A DNA stretch of 64,000 nucleotides from Chryseobacterium sp. (GCF_045629545.1 NZ_JAZQRK010000052.1:1256-65255); one strand, 5' to 3'. Counted from the stretch's first letter, positions 9,134 through 19,154 are shown. The notes: generated from the sequence alone by a model not told the origin. Numbers and translations: made by a program.

Positions 9134-11464
9134 ATGGATTATCTGAAAGGTCTCAATGAGGCACAATATGAAGCGGTTACCACAATACAAGGTCCTCTAA
9201 TGGTGCTTGCAGGTGCGGGTTCCGGAAAAACGCGTGTTCTTACCATGCGTATTGCACATCTTATTACCAATGGAGTAGATCCTTTCAATATTTTGGCGCT
9301 TACCTTCACCAATAAGGCAGCAAAAGAAATGAAAGAACGTATTGCCAAAGTGGTAGGACAAAGTAATGCGAGAAGCCTTTGGATGGGTACATTTCACTCT
9401 GTATTTGCAAGAATGCTTAGAAGCGAAGGACATCATTTGGGGTATCCTTCCAACTTTACCATTTACGATCAGCAAGATGCACTGAATGTAATAAGAAAAG
9501 TAATAAAGGATATGAATTTAGATTCGGATTTGTACAAACCAAAAAAAGTGCAATCTAGAATTTCTACCTATAAGAATAATCTGATTACGGTAAAAGCGTA
9601 TTACAACAATCCAGAATTGGTAGAAGCTGATGAGAAAGCCAATATGAAATTTATTGGTAAAATATATCAAAAATATGTAGAAACGTGTTTCAAAAATGCC
9701 TCTATGGATTTTGATGATCTTTTGTTAAAAACCAACGAATTGCTGACGCGTTTCCCAGAAGTTTTAGCCAAATATCAAGATAGGTTTCGATATATATTGG
9801 TAGATGAGTACCAAGATACCAACCATTCTCAGTATCTTATTGTAAAAGCGTTGGCTTCCAAATTTGAAAATATTTGCGTGGTAGGAGACGATGCGCAATC
9901 TATTTATTCTTTTAGAGGTGCCAATATCCATAATATCTTGAACTTTAAAAAAGATTATCAAGATGCCGTTACGGTTTCGCTAGAGCAAAATTATAGATCT
10001 ACACAAACCATTGTGAACGCAGCCAATGTAGTAATTGCCAAAAACCTGCAACAGTTCAAGAAAAATGTGTACAGTGAAAACGAAGAAGGTGACAAAATAA
10101 AAGTGTACCGCTCTTTATCTGATGCGGATGAGGCGAATTTTGTAGCCAATAATATTTGGGAGCTTAGAAATAGAGACCAAAGAAAATACAGCGATTTCGC
10201 TATTTTGTATCGTACCAATTCTCAAACGCGAGCATTTGAAGATTCATTAAGAAGAAAAAATATTCCGTACAAAGTCTACGGTGGTTTATCATTTTACCAA
10301 AGAAAAGAAGTTAAAGATCTGATTGCTTATCTTCGATTATTGGTAAATGAAAATGATTCTGAAGCGCTAATGAGAATCATCAATTACCCAACGAGAGGAA
10401 TTGGCGAAACTACTCAGAATAAACTTATTGTATTTGCAGATGCACAAAATGCATCTATTGCTCAGGTTTTGGATAATCTTCCGATGTATGCGCCTCATCT
10501 AGGATTCAATAATGGTGTTCTTACCAAGTTGAGCGATTTTTGGGGAATGATAAAAGCCTTTAAAGTTTTGTTAAAAACCGAAACTGCCTACGATGTAGCC
10601 ATGGAAGTGGCAAAGCGAAGCGGTTTAATTAAATTTTTGAAGGACGATCAAACGCCAGAGGGCATTTCTAGAATAGAAAACGTACAAGAATTGATGAACT
10701 CTATGCAAGGGTTTATAGACGAGCAAATACAGCTAGAAGATGGTGATCCTAGTTTACCTAATTTCTTAGAAAACATTGCACTTTCTGCTGATACGCAGAG
10801 AAAGGATGATGATGAAGATATGGTTTCTCTAATGACTATCCACTTATCCAAAGGGCTAGAGTTTCCTGTGGTACACTTGGTAGGTTTGGAAGAAAATCTC
10901 TTCCCAAGTTTTATGAGTTCTACCACGCGTGAAGATTTGGAGGAAGAGCGAAGATTGTTTTATGTAGCACTTACAAGAGCAGAGAAACAAGCGTTTTTCT
11001 CTTATGCTATATCTAGATTTCAGTGGGGAAAAATTACCGATGCAGAACCTTCTCGTTTTCTAAGCGAAGTAGATGAGGAATATATAGAATTCTTGAATCC
11101 TGCAATGGAAAGAAGATTCATTAATAATGCGGGAGTAAGCTCCAATATTTTTGATGAACATCCTAGTGAGATGAGAAGCTTTAAAAAAGTAGAGAAGAAA
11201 ACCATAGAAAGAGCAGACAAAGACCGTCCAATTGCAGAACCTAGAAAACTAAAACCTGTAAGTACAGCAAAAATTACCAACCCAAGTGGGGCATCTTCTC
11301 AGGATATTGAAGTTGGAGACAAAGTGCGTCACGATCGTTTTGGGATTGGCGAAGTTGCTTTCTTAGATGGTACAGATCCTCAAAATATAAAAGCAAAAGT
11401 GATTTTCTTACACGAAGGTGAGAAGAATTTGATTTTAAAATATGCGAAATTAATTAAGATTTAG
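9134..11464 (+). CDS. pcrA: ATP-dependent DNA helicase UvrD/PcrA
   Basis: AGAGSGKT Walker A, VDEYQD, LEQNYRS, TIHLSKGLEF, C-terminal Tudor-like RHDRFGIG. Confidence 0.96.
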   Translation: MDYLKGLNEAQYEAVTTIQGPLMVLAGAGSGKTRVLTMRIAHLITNGVDPFNILALTFTNKAAKEMKERIAKVVGQSNARSLWMGTFHSVFARMLRSEGHHLGYPSNFTIYDQQDALNVIRKVIKDMNLDSDLYKPKKVQSRISTYKNNLITVKAYYNNPELVEADEKANMKFIGKIYQKYVETCFKNASMDFDDLLLKTNELLTRFPEVLAKYQDRFRYILVDEYQDTNHSQYLIVKALASKFENICVVGDDAQSIYSFRGANIHNILNFKKDYQDAVTVSLEQNYRSTQTIVNAANVVIAKNLQQFKKNVYSENEEGDKIKVYRSLSDADEANFVANNIWELRNRDQRKYSDFAILYRTNSQTRAFEDSLRRKNIPYKVYGGLSFYQRKEVKDLIAYLRLLVNENDSEALMRIINYPTRGIGETTQNKLIVFADAQNASIAQVLDNLPMYAPHLGFNNGVLTKLSDFWGMIKAFKVLLKTETAYDVAMEVAKRSGLIKFLKDDQTPEGISRIENVQELMNSMQGFIDEQIQLEDGDPSLPNFLENIALSADTQRKDDDEDMVSLMTIHLSKGLEFPVVHLVGLEENLFPSFMSSTTREDLEEERRLFYVALTRAEKQAFFSYAISRFQWGKITDAEPSRFLSEVDEEYIEFLNPAMERRFINNAGVSSNIFDEHPSEMRSFKKVEKKTIERADKDRPIAEPRKLKPVSTAKITNPSGASSQDIEVGDKVRHDRFGIGEVAFLDGTDPQNIKAKVIFLHEGEKNLILKYAKLIKI

Positions 11465-11470
11465 TAAAAA

Positions 11471-11905
11471 ATGAAAAAATTAGCGTTGGCATTTAGCCTT
11501 GTGGTTTGTTTTACAATGATGGTGAATGCGCAAATAATAGAAGAGTTATGGACTGCGGCTCAGCTGATGGAAACCAAAGAATTGGCTACAAAAATAGAGA
11601 ATAAAGAAACCGATAAGTTGCTTATCATTTCTATAGGTCCAGATGCTGTGGTAAAGGGTTCTGTCAATATTGGAGCTACACATGATGCTCATAATTTGGA
11701 TAAACTAAAAACATATCTAAAAGATGTACCGAAAGATAAACAAATAGTAATCTACTGTGGATGTTGTCCTTTTTCTAGATGCCCAAACATTAGACCAGCA
11801 TTCAAACTAATGATGGTTTTAGGGTTTAAAAATACGAAACTGCTGAATGTTCCTCACAACATCAAGACCGATTGGATAGACCACGATTATCCTACTGAAG
11901 ATTAA
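11471..11905 (+). CDS. Exported rhodanese-like domain protein
   Basis: Signal peptide; VPKDKQIVIYCGCCP active-site loop; W(I)D tail. Confidence 0.75.
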   Translation: MKKLALAFSLVVCFTMMVNAQIIEELWTAAQLMETKELATKIENKETDKLLIISIGPDAVVKGSVNIGATHDAHNLDKLKTYLKDVPKDKQIVIYCGCCPFSRCPNIRPAFKLMMVLGFKNTKLLNVPHNIKTDWIDHDYPTED

Positions 11906-11906
11906 T

Positions 11907-12401
11907 ATGAAAAGTTTTTGGATCGTAATAATGCTTCTGATAGTTGGAGGCAATATGCAAGCGCAAAATTTGGAAGTGGGAGACAAAGTTCCCGAGATAA
12001 CTGCTCTTACTATTTCTGGGCAAGATTTTAAACTTTCGGAAGTAAAGAAAGAGTATATTTTGCTAGATTTTTGGGCTTCTTGGTGCGCACCTTGTGTGGA
12101 AGAACAACCCGAATTGATGAAAATTTATTCTGAATTTTCTGAGCAAGTAAAAAATAATAAGTTTGATATTATTGGGATTTCTCTAGACAAATCCAAAGAA
12201 AATTGGACGAAAGTAGTAGATAAAAATAAGATTGAATGGACACAAGTTTCCGACTTGAAATTTTGGAAAAGTCCAATTGCTAAAGCTTATTTCATCAACG
12301 AGTTGCCTTATAATTTAATTATTAATAAAGAAGGGAAAGTGGTAGCAAAAAATCTTCATGGTGAAGAATTAGAAAACTTCCTCAAAAACCTTTTAAAATG
12401 A
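11907..12401 (+). CDS. TlpA-family thiol-disulfide oxidoreductase
   Basis: LDFWASWCAPC, ELP, signal peptide. Confidence 0.9.
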   Translation: MKSFWIVIMLLIVGGNMQAQNLEVGDKVPEITALTISGQDFKLSEVKKEYILLDFWASWCAPCVEEQPELMKIYSEFSEQVKNNKFDIIGISLDKSKENWTKVVDKNKIEWTQVSDLKFWKSPIAKAYFINELPYNLIINKEGKVVAKNLHGEELENFLKNLLK

Positions 12402-12405
12402 ATAG

Positions 12406-12436
12406 AAAAGACTGTCCAAAAAGGGCAGTCTTTTTT
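12406..12436. terminator. Bidirectional terminator
   Basis: aaaagactgtcc-aaaaa-gggcagtctttt between convergent genes. Confidence 0.7.
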
Positions 12437-12820
12437 TTATTTCACCAACTCTTCAAAAAGTCTTTCAAAAGTAGCTTCCAAATCTTTGGTTTTTCCGGGA
12501 TGAGGTCGTGATGTTTGTACCACAGCGCTTCTTACAGCTGTTAGCCAACGAAAACGATCTGGGATTTCCATTTGGGCAATTGGGCCGCCGTCTTTAGATC
12601 CGCTTGCTATTTTTTTGAAGCTTTCCAAATTTTGTATAATATCATCGTAATCCAGCTTAGAATGCATATACTTAAATTTGTCTTTGCAAAGATGAAATTC
12701 TACTCGGATGAATTTTTCTCTTTTAGAAAACAAAACCAATCCGATATTGAAAAACTCTTCTCTCTCTACTTTGGGCACTAGCCTTATTACGGCGTACTCG
12801 TATATTTTATCCTCTTGCAT
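12437..12820 (-). CDS. DUF3037 domain protein
   Basis: YEYAVIRLVPKVEREEFFNIG N-terminus and RFRWLTAVRSAVVQTSRPHPG C-terminus. Confidence 0.85.
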   Translation of the reverse strand: MQEDKIYEYAVIRLVPKVEREEFFNIGLVLFSKREKFIRVEFHLCKDKFKYMHSKLDYDDIIQNLESFKKIASGSKDGGPIAQMEIPDRFRWLTAVRSAVVQTSRPHPGKTKDLEATFERLFEELVK

Positions 12821-13580
12821 TTTTGGCTTCGTTTACAAAGATTTGCGAATTTTCTAGTCTAGTTTTCAAAAATTGAAAATAGATTTCTCTTATTTCTTCT
12901 GGCGTTTCATCGGCATCATTCCAATGCAACCAATCTTCTGGGATGAGGTTTACAATTTCTCTAAAGATGTTTTCGTTCAATACTTCTTTAGCAAAAGCAT
13001 CAGCAGCATCTAGCTGGCTCGCTTGTGGAAGCAAAACATGGTCTTTTACATATTTGAATGGCGTTTTAGCAGCAGTGTCAAAATTTTGCCAAGAATGATG
13101 AAAGTAAAAAGAAGCGCCATTATCTATCACCCAAAGTTCTTTGTGCCACATCAAAAGATTGGTGTTTTTGAAAGTTCTATCGATATTGGTAATAAAGGCA
13201 TCTAGCCAAACAATTTTGGATGCCAAAAGTGGGTCTACTTTTATGCTAGAATCAAAAGCGATGGCTTCAGAAAGATAATGTAAACCCAGATTAAGACCTT
13301 CTGAGAATTTTAGTAAATCTTGTATTTCTTCATCAGCTTCAGTTCTTCCAAAATCTACATCCAAATTGGCGAAAACCAACTCTGGAATAGGTAAGCCTAA
13401 AGCTTGTGTTATTTTTCCTCCAAGCAATTCGGAGATCAGCATTTTTACTCCATGGCCTGCGCCTCGGAATTTCAAAACATATTTAAAATTATCATCAGCC
13501 TCTGCCAATGCGGGTAAAGAACCTCCTTCTCTCAGTGGAAGAATGTATCGCATTACCGTTACGGTACGTAAATTCAACAT
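12807..13580 (-). CDS. HipA-like (HipA_2/CtkA-type) kinase
   Basis: REGGSLP G-loop, YVLKF, DRTFKNTNLL catalytic loop, WVIDNG; overlaps the DUF3037 gene by 14 nt. Confidence 0.85.
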   Translation of the reverse strand: MLNLRTVTVMRYILPLREGGSLPALAEADDNFKYVLKFRGAGHGVKMLISELLGGKITQALGLPIPELVFANLDVDFGRTEADEEIQDLLKFSEGLNLGLHYLSEAIAFDSSIKVDPLLASKIVWLDAFITNIDRTFKNTNLLMWHKELWVIDNGASFYFHHSWQNFDTAAKTPFKYVKDHVLLPQASQLDAADAFAKEVLNENIFREIVNLIPEDWLHWNDADETPEEIREIYFQFLKTRLENSQIFVNEAKNARG

Positions 13581-13692
13581 AAGACAAAAATAAGGTTTTT
13601 ATACGATACCTGATTATGAACTCAAAAGCATATTGCTATCATAGATAACAACTGAATTTATTTTATTACATTTAAATTTATAAAATGAAAAA

Positions 13693-14541
13693 ATGAATAT
13701 AATAGTCAATAAAAATATCATCTTATCCAATCCTGATACGAAACAATTTTTGGTAGATGAATTCTATCCCGAATCTCAGGAGAAACTTCCGCTAGTTGTT
13801 TTTGTACATGGGTATAAAGGACACAAAGATTGGGGAACTTGGGATTTGATGGCAGAGAAATTTGCGAAGTCTGGTTTTTTCTTTGTTAAATTCAATATGT
13901 CGCACAATGGTACCACTGTAGAAAATCCCTTAGAATTTGTAGATTTAGAAGCATTTGGTCAAAATAATTATACCAAAGAATTATCAGATTTGGGTATCAT
14001 TTTAGATCATTACTATGATAATCTGAAAATAGATCAAAACAATATAATCTTGATTGGGCATAGTAGAGGAGGCGGAATTTCTATTATTAAAACAGTGGAA
14101 GATGAGCGCATCAATACGCTGATTACCTTGGCTAGTATCGATACGCTAGATCGTTTCCCGAAAAATGATGCGTTTGAAAATTGGAAAAATAAAGGTTTCT
14201 ACACCATAGTAAATGCCAGAACAAAGCAAGAAATGCCTCATTACTATCAATTCTACGAGGATTACGAGAAAAATATTCATCGTTTTGATGTGGAAAGAGC
14301 AATGGAAATGATAAAGGCAAATGTTTTAATTATTCATGGGACGAAAGATGATGCCGTAAGTGATAAAAGTGCCGAACATTTACATCTTTTAAATCCCAAT
14401 TCTGAATTGTTTTTAGTAGAAAATGCCAATCATACCTTTGGAGGTAAAGAACCTTGGGAAGCGTCTACTTTGCCAAATGAGTTGAATCTAGTCGTAGAAA
14501 AATGTATCGATTTTATTATTAAGAAAATTAATAATAATTAA
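13693..14541 (+). CDS. Alpha/beta hydrolase
   Basis: HGYKG oxyanion motif, GHSRGG nucleophile elbow, IHGTKD and ANHTF. Confidence 0.88.
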   Translation: MNIIVNKNIILSNPDTKQFLVDEFYPESQEKLPLVVFVHGYKGHKDWGTWDLMAEKFAKSGFFFVKFNMSHNGTTVENPLEFVDLEAFGQNNYTKELSDLGIILDHYYDNLKIDQNNIILIGHSRGGGISIIKTVEDERINTLITLASIDTLDRFPKNDAFENWKNKGFYTIVNARTKQEMPHYYQFYEDYEKNIHRFDVERAMEMIKANVLIIHGTKDDAVSDKSAEHLHLLNPNSELFLVENANHTFGGKEPWEASTLPNELNLVVEKCIDFIIKKINNN

Positions 14542-14608
14542 ATAATTCATCAACCAAAAAAGAGAGCTCAGTAGAACTCTCTTTTTTAATTTTAGTATAA
14601 AAAATTGG

Positions 14609-15430
14609 TTAATTAATCAAAATTTCCCAAGCTTCAGCAATATTATTTTGTAGCAATAATTCTTGTGCTTTTTTATGAGATTCTTCACCAGATTTGTAAT
14701 TACCTACTGGTAAAACTTCCACATTGGCAAGCATTCCCAAATCGTTTCCTGTAAAGACTTTGCTTAGCTTTATAGCATCCGGAAGTTGATCGAATCCAAT
14801 GCCTTTTGTAACCAATGGTTTTGGCACTTCGAATAAATTGTTTTCATTATTTCTAGAATACCAATTCACACCCAAACGAGCCACCATATCTAGTTTATTT
14901 TGATCTAAATTTCCATTTTCATTAAGGTATTCTTCTCTAATGTGGATTTTTATAACTTCACAAATAACCAAATTTCCTGCGCCGCCTTGTTCTCCCAATG
15001 GTTTTACTTCAAGTACTTTACATTCGAAATTTACAGGGCATTCTTCAATCAGTTTCGGCTGAATAAAGTCCGCATCTTTCATGGTTAATCCCGCTTTTAC
15101 AAATTCATTTACACCTTCATCATATTCTGTAGACGAAAGCGATATTTGTTGTACAATTGGGTAGTTTACGGTACCAATCACTACTTCTGGAACTTCTAGA
15201 ACGTTTTCTAAAGTATGCTTTGTGGTATTGTCTCTAACTCTTCTGGATGGAGAAAATATAAGAATCGGAGGCACGGTACTGAACATATTGAAGAAGCTGA
15301 ACGGAGATAAATTGCTATTTCCATCTTTGTCTACAGTAGAAGCTAATGCGATAGGTCTTGGTGAGATGGCAGTTTGCATAATGGTTTGCAATTCTACCGC
15401 GGATAATTCTGAAGGAATTACTGTTTTCAT
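14609..15430 (-). CDS. Flavin reductase-like (DIM6/NTAB) protein
   Basis: PRPIALAST, NLSPFSFFN, ECPVNFECK motifs. Confidence 0.85.
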   Translation of the reverse strand: MKTVIPSELSAVELQTIMQTAISPRPIALASTVDKDGNSNLSPFSFFNMFSTVPPILIFSPSRRVRDNTTKHTLENVLEVPEVVIGTVNYPIVQQISLSSTEYDEGVNEFVKAGLTMKDADFIQPKLIEECPVNFECKVLEVKPLGEQGGAGNLVICEVIKIHIREEYLNENGNLDQNKLDMVARLGVNWYSRNNENNLFEVPKPLVTKGIGFDQLPDAIKLSKVFTGNDLGMLANVEVLPVGNYKSGEESHKKAQELLLQNNIAEAWEILIN

Positions 15431-15460
15431 AATTACATATTAATTTCTAAAGTTGTGCAA

Positions 15461-15669
15461 TTAACACATGAGTCACATTAGATTTATTATTAAACATTTT
15501 GAAAATACTTTAGAGCCTATTAGATTTAAAAATCAATATTTTCATTTTAAGTCATTTTCAAAGTTTAATATTTCTAAACTTGAGCATTTAACACATGAGT
15601 CACATTAGATTTATTTTTAAAAATACTTTAGATCACATTAGTTTAAAAATCAAGATTTTCATTTTAAGT
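15461..15669. repeat. Imperfect direct repeat of about 80-90 bp (2 copies, 127 bp apart) with a 28-bp identical head
   Basis: ttaacacatgagtcacattagatttatt at 15461-15488 and 15588-15615, followed by near-identical aaaatactttaga...tttaaaaatcaa.attttcattttaagt tails. Confidence 0.9.
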
Positions 15670-16072
15670 AAGTTTCAAAGTACTTACTAACGAAGGTTTC
15701 TGTTCCTTCATGATATAAATTAAAAACATTGAAATTTATTAATATAGATTTTGGAACTCTAAGTAAATTCATATAATTCATAGTTTGAGCTTTATGAATA
15801 TTGTGAAACTCTGTAACCGATTTTATTTCAAAACCAATGGCATCTTCAATTAAAAAATCGCATTTAACATTACAATCAATATTTCGATCTTTATATATAA
15901 GTGGGATTTCCATCTCACTTTTATAATTTATGCCAAGTATATCAAATTCTCTTTATAGACATTTATGATACACATATTCATACAGCCCTGTACCAACAAT
16001 TTTATGCACTTCAATGCATATTCCAATTATTTTATAAGTGAGTTCATTTAAATATTTTTTAGTAAGCATCAT
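15659..16072 (-). pseudogene. GxxExxY protein (PD-(D/E)xK nuclease-like) with an in-frame TAA at codon 40
   Basis: Translation MMLTKKYLNELTYKIIGICIEVHKIVGTGLYEYVYHKCL*REFDILGINYKSEMEIPL...CDFLIED..FEIK; stop at 15953-15955. Confidence 0.85.
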
Positions 16073-16151
16073 AAGTGTTTTTATTTTTTAATTAAAAGAA
16101 AATCTTCGATTTTCAAGCTTATGCGTCCTTATTTATAGATAAATGAACTCA

Positions 16152-16171
16152 CTTTGTGACTGATGTGTCAA
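16152..16171. repeat. Inverted, degenerate copy of the 15461/15588 repeat head
   Basis: ctttgtgactgatgtgtcaa resembles the reverse complement ctaatgtgactcatgtgttaa; the core tgtgact.atgtgt.aa is shared. Confidence 0.65.
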
Positions 16172-16188
16172 ATGTTTTTTAAAAAAAA

Positions 16189-17436
16189 CTATTTTGCAGG
16201 AAGAATTTTACCAGAAACTTCACCGAAACCTACTCTGATGCCGTCTTTTTCAGACCAAGCTTTCATCGTTACAGTATCGTTGTCATTAATGAATTTTCTT
16301 TCTTCACCATTGCTTAGTTTTATTGGGTTGGTTCCTCTCCAAGTAAGTTCTAGCATAGAACCAAAAGATTTTGGATCGCTACCAGAGATTGTTCCACTTG
16401 CATACATATCTCCAACTTCTACATTACAACCATTAATAGTGTGGTGAGCCAACTGCTGAGTCATATTCCAATACATAAATTTGTAGTTGCTTTCTGAAAC
16501 GATATTGTGCTCTCCGTTTTCTGGCTGAATATAAACTTCAAGATTAATGTCTATATTTTTGTCGCCTTCAAATTTCAAATAATCAAATACTTCAGGTTCT
16601 TGTTCTGGAGAAGCCGTTTTGAAAGGTGCTAAAGCCTCCAACGTCACAACCCAAGGAGAAATAGAAGATCCAAAGTTTTTACCTAAAAATGGTCCTAATG
16701 GTACATATTCCCAAGCTTGGATATCTCTTGCAGACCAATCGTTGAAAATGACCATCCCAAAAATGGCATCCTCTGCATCTGCAGTTGAAATACTTTCTCC
16801 CATTTCTGTGTTTTTGTTAACGATAAAAGCCATTTCAAGTTCGAAGTCCAATTGCTTGCAAGGTCCAAAAACAGGTTTTTCCACATCTGCAGGTTTCATT
16901 TGCCCCTTTGGTCTATGGATATCAGTACCCGAAATCACAATAGAAGAAGCTCTACCATGGTATCCTACTGGGATGTACTTCCAGTTGGGTAATAATGCAT
17001 TAGCAGGATCACGAAATAATTTCCCAACATTGGTAGCATGCTCTATACTGCTATAGAAATCGGTATAATTGGGTACATGCACAGGCATCATCATTTCTAC
17101 CTCATCTACTTCATAAAAGGAATCTTCTATTGTTTTTTCATCTTTAGATAAGAGAGAATTTTCCAAAAGAAGTTCTTGAATTTTTAGACGAACCGCATTG
17201 GTAATAGGTTTTCCCAATTCTATAAAATCATTAAGATCGTATGCATCAAAAACATTTTCGTCTAGCTCTTTGATCTCATTAAAATAACCAAGATCATATA
17301 ATGTTGCCAAATCAACTATTTGGTCTCCAATTCTTGTACAACAAGAGACATATTCTTTATTGAACACTGCAACACCAAATGGTATATTGTGAATAGAAAA
17401 GTCTGAACTTGCGTTATATTCTACAAATGATTTCAT
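16189..17436 (-). CDS. fahA: Fumarylacetoacetase
   Basis: FSIHNIPFG, YTDFYSSIEHA, YHGRASS, LDFELE, NDWSARD, GTISG motifs. Confidence 0.95.
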   Translation of the reverse strand: MKSFVEYNASSDFSIHNIPFGVAVFNKEYVSCCTRIGDQIVDLATLYDLGYFNEIKELDENVFDAYDLNDFIELGKPITNAVRLKIQELLLENSLLSKDEKTIEDSFYEVDEVEMMMPVHVPNYTDFYSSIEHATNVGKLFRDPANALLPNWKYIPVGYHGRASSIVISGTDIHRPKGQMKPADVEKPVFGPCKQLDFELEMAFIVNKNTEMGESISTADAEDAIFGMVIFNDWSARDIQAWEYVPLGPFLGKNFGSSISPWVVTLEALAPFKTASPEQEPEVFDYLKFEGDKNIDINLEVYIQPENGEHNIVSESNYKFMYWNMTQQLAHHTINGCNVEVGDMYASGTISGSDPKSFGSMLELTWRGTNPIKLSNGEERKFINDNDTVTMKAWSEKDGIRVGFGEVSGKILPAK

Positions 17437-17496
17437 TATTCTTGTAATTAGTTTGTTTAAGTTTTAAAATAAATAAAAATACGTTGGTAAGTATCA

Positions 17497-17955
17497 TTAT
17501 TTTTTAGAATAAGATTCTTCATCTATCCATCTTTCTCTTGTATTGATATCAATAAGATATACAATATCATCTTGCTTGGTAAGAAGCAGTGTCTTGGAAA
17601 CAGGAATGGGTATCTTTTGATTTTCCAATTTATCGGCTCTTAGGGAAAGTATATTTTTCTTTCTAATAATATCACCAGAAAATACATTAGAAGTACTTTC
17701 GTTAGTTGCTTTATCATCAAACATATCAACGTAGGTTACATTATTACCTTTAATGATTATAAAACTTCTTTCCGTATGATCATCAAAATCCTTAATAAGT
17801 ACAAATTTTTTATTATCTAGACTAAGATTTTTTAAATTTTGGTGGATGCCCGCACGTTGCTCTAGTTTAGTAAGTATACCATTAATAGCCGAATAATTTT
17901 GAGACTTAGCAATTACACCAGCCATCAACAGAGTACAGATGAATATTTTTTTCAT
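17497..17955 (-). CDS. Hypothetical exported protein
   Basis: Signal peptide, 152 aa, no recognised motif. Confidence 0.7.
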   Translation of the reverse strand: MKKIFICTLLMAGVIAKSQNYSAINGILTKLEQRAGIHQNLKNLSLDNKKFVLIKDFDDHTERSFIIIKGNNVTYVDMFDDKATNESTSNVFSGDIIRKKNILSLRADKLENQKIPIPVSKTLLLTKQDDIVYLIDINTRERWIDEESYSKK

Positions 17956-18023
17956 GTATTTGTGTGTTTTTAAAAAAAAGTTTTGCCAAGAAAAATCTTG
18001 ACAAAACTTATAGCTATTTAGAA

Positions 18024-19154
18024 TTAAAGATTTCCTCTTTTTTCTTGTTCTCTTTCTAAAGCTTCAAATAAAGCTTTGAAATTACCCGCACCAAAACTTT
18101 GTGCTCCATGTCTTTCTATAATTTCGAAGAATAGGGTAGGACGATCCTCTACTGGTTTTGTAAATATTTGTAATAAGTATCCTTCCTCATCATGATCTAT
18201 CAAGATACCTAGATCCTGAAGTTTTTGTAGATCCTCATCAATATGACCTACTCTCTCAGGAACCATATTGTAGTAAGCTTCTGGTGGAGCAGAAAGGAAT
18301 TCTACACCTCTTTTTTTCAATTCAGTTACCGTATGGATGATGTCTTTTGTAGCTACAGCAATATGTTGTACGCCTTCTCCTTCATAGAAATCTAAATATT
18401 CTTCTACCTGAGATTTCTTTTTACCTTCTGCTGGCTCGTTGATCGGGAATTTTGCAAAACCATTACCATTAGACATTACCTTAGACATCAAAGCAGAATA
18501 TTCTGTATTGATTTGCTTGTCATCGAAAGAAAGTATATTTACAAATCCCATCACTTTCTCATACCATTCGACAGTAGGGATCATTCTGTCCCAATCTACG
18601 TTACCTACACAATGATCTACATATAATAATCCAGCTTCTTCTGGATTGTAATCGCTTTCCCATTTTTGGTACCCTGGCATGAATGGACCTGTATAGTTTT
18701 TTCTTTCGATAAACATATGTACCGTCTCACCGTAAGTATAGATACCAGACATTTTTACTTCTCCGAACTCGTCTGTAAGCGTTACAGGTTCCATATAAGA
18801 TTTTCCGCCTCTCTTTGTTGTCTCTTCATATGCTTGGTAAGCATCATCTACCCAAAGTGCCAATATTTTCACTCCATCACCATGTTTTTTTACATGCTCA
18901 TTGATTACGGAATCAGATTTGAGACCAGTAGTAAGAATTAATCTAATTTTACCTTGTTGTAAAACATAAGAAGCACGATCTCTTACGCCCGTTTCTGGAC
19001 CTGCATAGGCAACAGATTGAAAACCAAATGCTGTTTTATAATAATGAGCAGCTTGTTTAGCATTTCCCACATAAAACTCAATATAATCTGTACCATTAAT
19101 TGGCAAGAAATTCTCTGCCTGAGCTATTTTTTCGGCAAATGTAAGTGTAGACAT
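18024..19154 (-). CDS. hppD: 4-hydroxyphenylpyruvate dioxygenase
   Basis: DYIEFYVGNAKQAA, VDHCVGN, GVQHIA, LLQIFT, FEIIER..FGAGNFKALFE. Confidence 0.97.
   Translation of the reverse strand: MSTLTFAEKIAQAENFLPINGTDYIEFYVGNAKQAAHYYKTAFGFQSVAYAGPETGVRDRASYVLQQGKIRLILTTGLKSDSVINEHVKKHGDGVKILALWVDDAYQAYEETTKRGGKSYMEPVTLTDEFGEVKMSGIYTYGETVHMFIERKNYTGPFMPGYQKWESDYNPEEAGLLYVDHCVGNVDWDRMIPTVEWYEKVMGFVNILSFDDKQINTEYSALMSKVMSNGNGFAKFPINEPAEGKKKSQVEEYLDFYEGEGVQHIAVATKDIIHTVTELKKRGVEFLSAPPEAYYNMVPERVGHIDEDLQKLQDLGILIDHDEEGYLLQIFTKPVEDRPTLFFEIIERHGAQSFGAGNFKALFEALEREQEKRGNL

Noticed and set aside
15953-15955. Recoding (selenocysteine/pyrrolysine) at the GxxExxY internal stop
   Set aside because: The codon is TAA, not TGA or TAG; a nonsense mutation or sequencing error is simpler
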